Shown here: one piece after another, positions 40,225-48,381 of the stretch
Layout of the letters: the number at the start of each line of letters is the position of its first letter
Numbering within the stretch: position 1 is the first letter of the stretch
IMG/VR virus record: IMGVR_UViG_3300008339_000033
Strand: one strand, 5' to 3'
Source of the DNA: an uncultured virus (IMG/VR IMGVR_UViG_3300008339_000033)
Taxonomy: Duplodnaviria > Heunggongvirae > Uroviricota > Caudoviricetes
Length of the DNA: 64,000 nucleotides
Position numbers and translations under genes: made by a program
Notes under the pieces: model-generated
Databases searched by the model: none
Seen by the model: only the letters and a program-made list of their open reading frames with translations
Told to the model about the DNA's origin: nothing

Positions 40225-40911
40225 TTAGTCTCTATATTCCATATAGACTTTTAAAATTTCTTCTACTATTTCATGGCGATGATTAGTTTTAAGAGTCATT
40301 ACTTTAACTCCTTTAACCCGCTCTTCTAATCGTAAAAAGAAATCAATACCTGAATCTTTTCTAACTTTTAAGTCAATTTGGGCTATATCTCCACAGAATA
40401 CCATTTTACCACCTCTACCTAAACGACCTAACATCATTTCAGTTTGCTGGTGAGTAATATTTTGACATTCATCTACAATTACAAATGAATTAGGAAATGT
40501 TCTACCTCTCATAAATGCAAAAGGTACTATCTCAATTTCACCTTCAGCTACCATTTTATCTATTCTATCTTTATCATAAAGTAAATAAAGATTAGCATAA
40601 ATAGGAGCTAACCAAGGATCCATTTTTTCCTTTAAATCACCTGGTAAAAAACCAATTTCTTCTTTTGCTACTGTAGGACGAGTAATAATAATTTTCTCTA
40701 TATCCTTTTTAAAAAACATATCTAGTGCAGATTGACAGGCAACTAATGTTTTACCTGAACCTGCCATACCTTTTAATAAAACTATCGGGTTTGAATATAT
40801 TAACTGTTTGGCTTCTTTTTGTTCATCGTTTAAAGTAAGCTTAAACTTAATTTCACCTTTAGGTTTTCTTTTTTCTTTGAAGATCTCGTCTTCATGGTGA
40901 TTACTAGCCAT
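40225..40911 (-). CDS. phoH: PhoH-family ATPase
   Basis: GMAGSGKT, ITRP, IGFLPG, FMRGRTF, DECQN, GDIAQID. Confidence 0.95.
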   Translation of the reverse strand: MASNHHEDEIFKEKRKPKGEIKFKLTLNDEQKEAKQLIYSNPIVLLKGMAGSGKTLVACQSALDMFFKKDIEKIIITRPTVAKEEIGFLPGDLKEKMDPWLAPIYANLYLLYDKDRIDKMVAEGEIEIVPFAFMRGRTFPNSFVIVDECQNITHQQTEMMLGRLGRGGKMVFCGDIAQIDLKVRKDSGIDFFLRLEERVKGVKVMTLKTNHRHEIVEEILKVYMEYRD

Positions 40912-40921
40912 AATGTTTTAT

Positions 40922-40929
40922 TATAAATA
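40922..40929 (-). promoter_or_regulatory. late-type promoter motif TATTTATA (phoH)
   Basis: 10 nt before ATG. Confidence 0.65.
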
Positions 40930-41655
40930 TTAATCTCTTGTTGAAATTTTTACCAATTTATCAATTCCTGCTTCAACATGCATATGTTCAGGTAAACATA
41001 ATTCAAAATCAAAACGTGAATCTAAAGGCAATACTAAATCTGTTTGAGAACCCCATCTGATAAGAGAAAATCTACTATTTTGAGTAAATAATTCATTTTG
41101 ATCTGTAGTAAAAGGAACTATAACATCTACATCCTCGTCTGCAATTTGTATCATATAATAAGAATAATCTAAAGATGGAGAATATACTTTATTCCACATT
41201 CTTTCATTATTTTTTACATAAGGAATAACATGCTTTGGATTTATAACTCCATTTAATAGATTTTTTTCAACAGCCAACATAGGTTTATTACTTGATTCAA
41301 TTGAATCTAATTGTTTATATTGTAATACACCTGTATATGGGATTCTATTAATATGAACATCATAAAATGACATGAATATACCAATTACAAGAGATGGTTT
41401 ATTATAACTTTTATCACCCATTAATTCTTGTAATGAATAGTTCATACCCTTTACCTCAACCATAGCTTTTGAAGGATCCTCTACTATTTTTTGATATAAA
41501 ACCACACCATCTGCTGGAGCGTAGAAATGTTGATTATCTATATAAGTGGGGCGCATAGGATCCCTAAAGAAAAATGTATTTCCTAATTCTACTAGGGATA
41601 ATTTTTCTAATTCGGCTACATCAGTATCCAACCATTCTTCTATTGTTTTTGCCAT
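40930..41655 (-). CDS. phosphatidylserine-decarboxylase-family pyruvoyl enzyme lacking a membrane anchor
   Basis: FFRDP, APADGVV, IFMSFYDVHINRIP, NER, IQIA, and the IRWGSQTD self-cleavage site. Confidence 0.82.
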   Translation of the reverse strand: MAKTIEEWLDTDVAELEKLSLVELGNTFFFRDPMRPTYIDNQHFYAPADGVVLYQKIVEDPSKAMVEVKGMNYSLQELMGDKSYNKPSLVIGIFMSFYDVHINRIPYTGVLQYKQLDSIESSNKPMLAVEKNLLNGVINPKHVIPYVKNNERMWNKVYSPSLDYSYYMIQIADEDVDVIVPFTTDQNELFTQNSRFSLIRWGSQTDLVLPLDSRFDFELCLPEHMHVEAGIDKLVKISTRD

Positions 41656-41656
41656 C

Positions 41657-42571
41657 TTATACTAACTGTTTGTAATAATCAACATAATTTAAATGCATAA
41701 CCATACAGCTCAATAAAGCTCCTGATTTCATATATTCTGATAGGTTAAAGAATACTGGTTCCATTCCTTCTTTAGCACATATTGCTTCTAATGAATTAAT
41801 CTTATGTTTTTCATAAGCATAATCCTCATGAGTTTTACTTAATTCAGAAATATTAGAAGCACATAAAATTAAATTACCAAAACGAACTGAATTAGTAATA
41901 CCACCCAAGGCATCATCTTCATCTATGTCTATAACTTGAGTATATTTTTCTATATCGCGGATCTCTTCAGGATCAAACATCGACGTGCAAATCATAGTTT
42001 TTTCTTTACTGAGTGGAAAAATTGAACAGTCCAAATGATATAAATAATCATCAACCATTTCAACATCAATAATATTCATACCAAATTGTTCCCGCATCCA
42101 CTCATATGTTTTATGATCGGTACGGATACCTGAACCACCAATATAATTATTACCTCCAATAAATTTAAGATCAGCCTCTCCTTCCCATTTATAAGGACAT
42201 AAATGAGTATCATAATTCATTAATTTGAAAAATGCCTCTCCAATTTTTTCTTCTCCTATTCTAGGTTCTGAGGTGTAATTAGATAAAACTATATTATTTG
42301 AATCTTTAATATGAGGTAAATAAATACCTAAATTAGCCACATATACTTGATCTTGAAAATCACCAAGAGATGGAAGTAAATATACTAACCCATCTCCTGA
42401 TAGGAAATTATAAAGATCCATAAATTGTTTATAAGCTTTTTTTCTATTTACTTGTAGATCATCTGGTGATAATTCTTTCATCCAAATGTTATTAGGATTC
42501 TTAGTATCCAAAGTAAATGGGAAATTCATTACATAACTTGGGATGTTTAATTGTGATGGGGTTTCTTTCAT
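41657..42571 (-). CDS. amidinotransferase / guanidino-modifying (pentein) enzyme, arginine-dihydrolase/DDAH-like (start 42571 or 42583)
   Basis: DQVYVANLG, WEGEAD, GIRT, LYHLDC, SEYMKSGALLSC (catalytic Cys). Confidence 0.85.
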   Translation of the reverse strand: MKETPSQLNIPSYVMNFPFTLDTKNPNNIWMKELSPDDLQVNRKKAYKQFMDLYNFLSGDGLVYLLPSLGDFQDQVYVANLGIYLPHIKDSNNIVLSNYTSEPRIGEEKIGEAFFKLMNYDTHLCPYKWEGEADLKFIGGNNYIGGSGIRTDHKTYEWMREQFGMNIIDVEMVDDYLYHLDCSIFPLSKEKTMICTSMFDPEEIRDIEKYTQVIDIDEDDALGGITNSVRFGNLILCASNISELSKTHEDYAYEKHKINSLEAICAKEGMEPVFFNLSEYMKSGALLSCMVMHLNYVDYYKQLV

Positions 42572-42591
42572 ATTTGTTAACATTGATTTAA

Positions 42592-42600
42592 CATAAATAT
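42592..42600 (-). promoter_or_regulatory. late-type promoter (ATATTTATG) for the amidinotransferase/decarboxylase pair
   Basis: Variant of the recurrent motif, just downstream of the capsid terminator. Confidence 0.6.
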
Positions 42601-42640
42601 AATAAAACCTACTAAAAACCACAAGTTAAATAAAAAGAAA

Positions 42641-42668
42641 AACAAAAAGGGCCGCAAATTGCGGCCCT
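42641..42668 (-). terminator. intrinsic terminator after the major capsid gene
   Basis: AGGGCCGC/GCGGCCCT stem followed by a U tract. Confidence 0.88.
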
Positions 42669-42690
42669 CTGTTTTTATATGTTATGTAGA

Positions 42691-44307
42691 TTAAAGAGTA
42701 TTTAATCCAGATACATAAATTTTCCCATAAAACTCGGGACGTAACATCTTCTTAGCGTAACGAGTCAAGAGACCTTTTCTTGGTGTAAAGGTATCAGGAT
42801 CGTACACTAATGGAGTCATTACGAGTGGTACATAAGGAGCAAATACAGCACCTGCTTCTAAGAACTGGCTACCTCTGAAACCTAATAAAATAGTGTTTTC
42901 AGTCATGTATGGGTTCTTGTAAACATTGTATCTACCATTCAATGAACCAGCTTTCTGAACACCAAACGCATATTGCATTTGAGCAGCATCACCATTGTTA
43001 TTAGCAGCGAATCCTGGAATTGATTCAAGGATAGTTGCTACTGTAGGAGAGCATACTAAGAAGTTTGCACCACCACGAAGTGTTAATTGGTGAATTTTGT
43101 TGCTAAGTTTCTGAATCTTAGTACCAAGAGTTTGGAACCAACCACCTTGAGTATTATAGAATCCTAAAGTAGCTGCAGGAGTTGCTGATGCACCAGTAAT
43201 AACAGTGTTATTAATTGCTGACCAATATTCAGTACCAGCTGCTGCATCTTGAATCAACATATCAAGAATTTCGAGGTCAATTTCCATAGAAATATACTCG
43301 CTCATGATGTTAGTTAATTCAGCTTCAGCATCGATATTTTGGTAAGCACTTAAATCTTGTGCATATTCAGGTGTCCAAACTGCCTTTAATTTACGTGTTT
43401 TAGCCACAATTGCTTGTGATTGCATTTTTACGTTAATTTCTGGGATTGCAATTGGGTTATTTTGACCATTCAACTGAGTGTTACCATCTTCAAAGTCGCC
43501 TCTCTTATTATCGGCTGTGGCTAATGAATGAGAAACAACAAATGTTAATGTTCCACCACCTACTTGTGAACCAGTTACTACAAATGTTACTGAAGTTCCG
43601 CTTGTAGTTGTGAAAGCTGGTAAATAAGTTAAAGCAACACTTGATGAATATGGAACAAAACTTCTAGCTGCTTCAAAATCTGTAGTAGTTGGTAAAGAAA
43701 CTGTAATAGTTTTCCATTGACCTGCTACAGCTGAAGCTGAGTAATCAGAATCAAAATTAAAAGTTGTACCCCAGTTAGCTGAACTAGTAGTTGAAGTAGC
43801 TGTAGATGCTGTGTTATTTACTGAGTAACCAAATCTACCAGCACCATAAAGACCACCATCAGTAGTGTTAGTAGCGAATGGATAGGTAGAGTTAACTGTT
43901 GAAGTACCACCGTACATTGAACCATTTTGAGTAAATGGAGCTTTGTTAGTACCGTATTGAAAATCTAGGAAGAATACTAGTCCAGAAGGTAAGTTCATTG
44001 GTTGAACTGAAACGAATTCTTTCGCTACAATTTGACCAAATACCTTACGTACTAATGGAAGAGCAATACCAGCCCAGTTCTCACCTTGTCCTACTGTAAA
44101 AGTGTTATTTGTAGTAGAAGTAGTTGAGTTTTCAGTTACTAATTGTTTTGCTTGATTTTCAAGCAACATTGCCATGTTGTTTCTGTCGGCTTCTGTTAAA
44201 CCTTCCAATAAACCGGTTTTAGACCATTTAGAGGCCAATCTACCGGCATCACTTTGAAGTGATTTCCAAGGGTTAGCAGATTCCAATAATGATTGAATTG
44301 AGTTCAT
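42691..44307 (-). CDS. major capsid protein (gp23-like)
   Basis: LLENQ, LPLVRK, VSVQPMNLPSGLVFFL, AKTRKLKAVWTPE, APYVPL, FTPRKGLLTRY. Confidence 0.97.
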   Translation of the reverse strand: MNSIQSLLESANPWKSLQSDAGRLASKWSKTGLLEGLTEADRNNMAMLLENQAKQLVTENSTTSTTNNTFTVGQGENWAGIALPLVRKVFGQIVAKEFVSVQPMNLPSGLVFFLDFQYGTNKAPFTQNGSMYGGTSTVNSTYPFATNTTDGGLYGAGRFGYSVNNTASTATSTTSSANWGTTFNFDSDYSASAVAGQWKTITVSLPTTTDFEAARSFVPYSSSVALTYLPAFTTTSGTSVTFVVTGSQVGGGTLTFVVSHSLATADNKRGDFEDGNTQLNGQNNPIAIPEINVKMQSQAIVAKTRKLKAVWTPEYAQDLSAYQNIDAEAELTNIMSEYISMEIDLEILDMLIQDAAAGTEYWSAINNTVITGASATPAATLGFYNTQGGWFQTLGTKIQKLSNKIHQLTLRGGANFLVCSPTVATILESIPGFAANNNGDAAQMQYAFGVQKAGSLNGRYNVYKNPYMTENTILLGFRGSQFLEAGAVFAPYVPLVMTPLVYDPDTFTPRKGLLTRYAKKMLRPEFYGKIYVSGLNTL

Positions 44308-44338
44308 ATTATTTTAAATCTTTTTTTAGGGTTAATAA

Positions 44339-45319
44339 TTATTTTAATCCAGCTAATTTTTGCATTCTTGAGAATACATCATTAACTTCGATTATTGGTT
44401 GTTTTGTCTCTGGTTTTGAAATAACTTTAGAAGCTGAACCTAATGATTCTTTAATAGATGATTTGGTTTTGTTAGTATTTACCATTAAAGATTCATAAAC
44501 TAGTTTTACTTCTTTTACATTTAATGCTTTATCAAAAGCACTTAAAACTTTAACTTTTTCAGACTCAGTCAATGATTTAGCTTTGAAAATCTTGTTGGTA
44601 TAAAGAAGTTTTGCATTCAAAAGATTAATTTCGTTAAGTTCGCTTTTTAATGTTTTAATAACATCATATGCTTCTTTTAACTTTTCATCTTCTTCATCTT
44701 TTTTAGGAGCTGATTTTTTCTTATCTCTCATTGCTTGCATTTTCATCTTCATTGATTTTTCTTTTGCTGCTTCAGCTAAAAGTTCATCAATGCTGATTTC
44801 TTCTGCACCTCCCATTTCTTCTTCACCACCCATTTCTGGTTGGCCACCTTCTAATTCTCCAGAAGCTACCATATCTTGAATTACATCTTCAATAAATTTG
44901 GTAAGATCTCCTTCTGACATGTCTTCGATGTTAAACTCTTCTTCAGTTTCCATTTCTTCGCCTTCTTCATCACCTTCGGCTTCGTAAAGTTCTTCTAAAT
45001 CTTCACCTTCTTCCATTGGTTCTGAATCTTTGTCTAATTCGGCTAGAAGTTCTTCTAAATCGAGTTCTCCTTCTTCCATTGATTCTTCGCCTTCTTCCAT
45101 TTTCATATCGTCACCTTCATACATTTTTTCTTCATCCATGTACATGTTTTCTTCCATTTCATCCGCTTCATCTAATGCAGCGATTCTAGTGGCTAAGGTT
45201 TCTTTTAAAAATGGAGTAAAAGCTTCTTCTAAAGCAACTTTAGCTTGAGCTAATGCGGTTTCTTTTACTGCTTTGGCATCAGCGATAGCTTCTTTAAGCA
45301 GGTCTCTGTTTGATTCCAT
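44339..45319 (-). CDS. prohead scaffold/core protein (gp22-like)
   Basis: Very acidic coiled coil directly upstream of the capsid gene; LNEINLLNAKLLY. Confidence 0.82.
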   Translation of the reverse strand: MESNRDLLKEAIADAKAVKETALAQAKVALEEAFTPFLKETLATRIAALDEADEMEENMYMDEEKMYEGDDMKMEEGEESMEEGELDLEELLAELDKDSEPMEEGEDLEELYEAEGDEEGEEMETEEEFNIEDMSEGDLTKFIEDVIQDMVASGELEGGQPEMGGEEEMGGAEEISIDELLAEAAKEKSMKMKMQAMRDKKKSAPKKDEEDEKLKEAYDVIKTLKSELNEINLLNAKLLYTNKIFKAKSLTESEKVKVLSAFDKALNVKEVKLVYESLMVNTNKTKSSIKESLGSASKVISKPETKQPIIEVNDVFSRMQKLAGLK

Positions 45320-45458
45320 AAAATTTAATCCTCAAAATTTTTTGTTGGGAAATATACTTATTAGTCAAGTATAATAAAAATAGATAGTTATCGATGCTAT
45401 ATCAGTAAAATAGCATATTCGGGCATACATACCGCAAAAATTTTCAAAAAATCGATAT

Positions 45459-45486
45459 AAAAAAAGAAAGGCGCATTTCTGCGCCT
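45459..45486 (-). terminator. intrinsic terminator after the protease gene
   Basis: AGGCGCA-GAAA-TGCGCCT followed by a U tract. Confidence 0.8.
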
Positions 45487-45516
45487 CGATCCTAAAAGAC
45501 TATTTTAGGAGGGGTT

Positions 45517-46161
45517 CTAATATAATGGGCATGTGCCATTAGCACATAAAATTTCGGTAATTAATTTATTTACTTTATTATATGGGTTTATATCGGTAGA
45601 TTTACCTTCGGCTAATTGAACTGTTTTCATCCAAGATCCTGGATTTGATGGGTTTGATACTGCGTCCCATGTTAATAAATCAAAATCATCTTGAACTTCC
45701 ATTACTTCTCCTACTTGTTCCAATGAACCCATACCACGAGAAGAAATTCCAAATAATAGTTTATTTTTTATATAGGCTCCTAAAATTCTTCCTGATACTG
45801 TACCATATTCACCTGGATCAGAAAATACTTCTAATATTCCTTTTACATGATCACCATCCCACCATATTTTTCTGATTGCATGAGAGCCATTTTTTAAATT
45901 GATGATTTGGCTATCAGGATGGTCTAATTCTCCCACTGTTTCAGTGGTACCCATATTAATTTTTTGCTGGAATTTATTTAATTCTCTTTCCCAAAGTTCT
46001 TTTTTATAATAACGACCATTACCATTTTTTACCTCTACAGTGGCTAATACCCCTTCAACAAATATGTTTTTATTTGAAGATATATTACCTAATCCTTCTA
46101 TTAATTTAATAGGAGGAGTAGTATAAGTGAATGGTTTGGTTTCTATTAATAATTCTTTCAT
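45517..46161 (-). CDS. prohead protease (gp21-like)
   Basis: KNGNGRYY, GELDHP, GISSRGMGS, WDAVSNPS. Confidence 0.93.
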   Translation of the reverse strand: MKELLIETKPFTYTTPPIKLIEGLGNISSNKNIFVEGVLATVEVKNGNGRYYKKELWERELNKFQQKINMGTTETVGELDHPDSQIINLKNGSHAIRKIWWDGDHVKGILEVFSDPGEYGTVSGRILGAYIKNKLLFGISSRGMGSLEQVGEVMEVQDDFDLLTWDAVSNPSNPGSWMKTVQLAEGKSTDINPYNKVNKLITEILCANGTCPLY

Positions 46162-46167
46162 GAATAT

Positions 46168-46986
46168 CTATTTATTACTAAATTGTTTTTGATAAGCATT
46201 ATCACCAATTGCGTTTCTATGGAGTTGATTAATCTCATCCCAACCATCATCATTTACATATATTTTATCTTTAGTACCATCATCATAAGTTATATTATAT
46301 GATGTATCACCATTTTGGGTATATGTTCTAACTGTTTTTCCATTAATCTCAATAGAACCTTCATTTAATTCTTCTTTAATAATTTTAGAAATATGTTCAC
46401 GAAGTTTAGATTCTTTTACAATTTTGGGAGCTACTTCAACACCTGCGGCTTTATATTTACCTTTTACTTCTTTAGTAGGAGTTGATTCTTTATAACCTAT
46501 ACCTTTAATACCAAATTGGCTGTTTTTAGTATAATACATGATATCTTTAGCTAAATTTTTAGCTACGATAGCCTTTAATTCTTCAACTGTTTTTTCAGAA
46601 TTTTTAGGATCTTTCATCTCAACATAGTAACCTGTAAGAAATTGAGGTCCAAAAACATTATCAATATTTTTAGGATCTTTATAATCAAAACCTCTAGTTT
46701 CCATATCAACTATTTCTTTAGTTGGTTTAGATTCTATAGCTTTAGCTTCATTAATATTTTCATCAAAAATTTTAAACCAATCTGGTTTTTGATCTGATTG
46801 AGTTACTAAACCACCAATAAATCTTTCAGTTAAAATAGATTTATTTTTTAAAATTTTAGTAGCATCATTAAATGAAGTGTATTGATTTACATATTGAGGA
46901 AATATACGTCTTGCAGATTTCATAAAGAAATCTTTATCACCTTTTCCTTCTAAAATTAAATTATATTGTTCTTGTAGTGTTTTCAT
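46168..46986 (-). CDS. putative head/core protein
   Basis: In the head operon; several L/I-x-E sites and an SKIIKEELNE motif. Confidence 0.65.
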   Translation of the reverse strand: MKTLQEQYNLILEGKGDKDFFMKSARRIFPQYVNQYTSFNDATKILKNKSILTERFIGGLVTQSDQKPDWFKIFDENINEAKAIESKPTKEIVDMETRGFDYKDPKNIDNVFGPQFLTGYYVEMKDPKNSEKTVEELKAIVAKNLAKDIMYYTKNSQFGIKGIGYKESTPTKEVKGKYKAAGVEVAPKIVKESKLREHISKIIKEELNEGSIEINGKTVRTYTQNGDTSYNITYDDGTKDKIYVNDDGWDEINQLHRNAIGDNAYQKQFSNK

Positions 46987-46989
46987 TTG

Positions 46990-47499
46990 TTAGTCTTTAA
47001 ATAAGGTTATTAAATCATCTAAGTAAGATTCAGCTATATCTGTACCAAACAATACTTGAAATTCTTTATTTCTTTCATAGAAATTTATAGTTTGTTGTTT
47101 AGCACTTTTAATTAAAGGAACTAATTCATTAATTTTATTTTCAATATTATCAAATCCTAAAATTCTATTAGAAATAAATTTCTTTAATTTTTTGTCTTCA
47201 ATGCCTAATGAATTAATGTAAGTTTCTAAATCAAATTTATCTTCATTTAGTTTACTTTTCCATAAATCCTTATGGTCTATTCCTTTAGCTTTTTTATGTA
47301 GTGCCTTAGCATTTACAGGTTTGAATCCTAACTTATAATAGTAAATATTTTGAGCACCTTTAGCTTTTTTATTTGGATTAAAAGCATTAGGAGTAGCATA
47401 ATTAGCTCCTACACCAGGAGTAAAAGAAGCGCCACCACCAGTGGTGTTCATTTCTTTAATTTTTTTTCTAATTATTTCTCTAAGGTTAAGATTTTCCAT
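46990..47499 (-). CDS. putative head/core protein
   Basis: In the head operon; LREIIRKKIKE motif. Confidence 0.65.
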   Translation of the reverse strand: MENLNLREIIRKKIKEMNTTGGGASFTPGVGANYATPNAFNPNKKAKGAQNIYYYKLGFKPVNAKALHKKAKGIDHKDLWKSKLNEDKFDLETYINSLGIEDKKLKKFISNRILGFDNIENKINELVPLIKSAKQQTINFYERNKEFQVLFGTDIAESYLDDLITLFKD

Positions 47500-48340
47500 G
47501 GATTTTCTGTAATTCTTCTACTAATGAGCAATACTGAAGTAGATTTACTAAATCTTCATCTTTGATTTTATCTGATTCTTTTAATAAACTAGTAATTTCG
47601 TTTAATTTTATCTTTACTGATTCATCAGTAACTTTTTTAGTTAATGATAGTAAAGTTTTTTTAAACTCAAAAATCTTGGTATTATAAACTTCTTTTAATT
47701 TAACTATATTATCCGATGAATTAATAAATTCTTTTAGAATCAATTTCTGACCAGATGATAAATCCTTATATTTTTCGTTAAATTTTTCAAGTAAAATCTT
47801 ATATGTTAAAACCCGAACATCTTTATCGTAGCTTTTAAACTCAGAAATAACATCGTTTTCTACTTTTTGTTTATTGATAGTAGAAGCTGTTAAGTATTCT
47901 AATAAAGTGAGTTTATTATCTATAATTTGTTTTGGATTTTTGGTCTTATTTTCTGAGGTGTAAAGCTCAATTAAGTTATATAATGAGGCTTGAGCTTTGT
48001 AATTAGGAAGTTTAGTTTGAAATAATTCTTCTAAATTAAGAGTTTCTTTTATTTCTTTAACAAGATTATATTTTTGTCGTCTTAAAAGAGACTTATTTAA
48101 ACCTTTAGAAGTTTCTATAACCGTATTTAAAATAGACTCAGCTTTTGCTTCACTTATATTTCGATAGGAAAATAAAGTTTCATAAAGTTTATATTCTTTA
48201 CCTAATTCTGTTTTTACAAAATATTTTTTCAAAATAGGTAAAGCTTTAGAATCTTTTCCTGATAAAGAATCGGCTGTGATTTTCCTTACTAAAATCTCAA
48301 ATATAATTCCTGTGTTTCTAAGCTTATTGTGCTTTATCAT
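47486..48340 (-). CDS. head-assembly region protein
   Basis: IKHNKLRNTGIIFEILVR; directly follows the portal gene. Confidence 0.7.
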   Translation of the reverse strand: MIKHNKLRNTGIIFEILVRKITADSLSGKDSKALPILKKYFVKTELGKEYKLYETLFSYRNISEAKAESILNTVIETSKGLNKSLLRRQKYNLVKEIKETLNLEELFQTKLPNYKAQASLYNLIELYTSENKTKNPKQIIDNKLTLLEYLTASTINKQKVENDVISEFKSYDKDVRVLTYKILLEKFNEKYKDLSSGQKLILKEFINSSDNIVKLKEVYNTKIFEFKKTLLSLTKKVTDESVKIKLNEITSLLKESDKIKDEDLVNLLQYCSLVEELQKIHGKS

Positions 48341-48362
48341 TAGGATAAAAAGTTATTTTTGT

Positions 48363-48370
48363 TATAAATA
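48363..48370 (-). promoter_or_regulatory. late-type promoter motif TATTTATA
   Basis: 22 nt before ATG 48340. Confidence 0.65.
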
Positions 48371-48381
48371 TGTAAAAAAGA

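Noticed and set aside
40225..40911. phoH as a novel auxiliary gene
   Set aside because: It is very common in large lytic phages.
42572..42622. ORF-track upstream starts (also 7500, 31406, 55850, 59870, 60510)
   Set aside because: They overlap promoters or upstream genes; downstream ATGs fit the family N-termini better.
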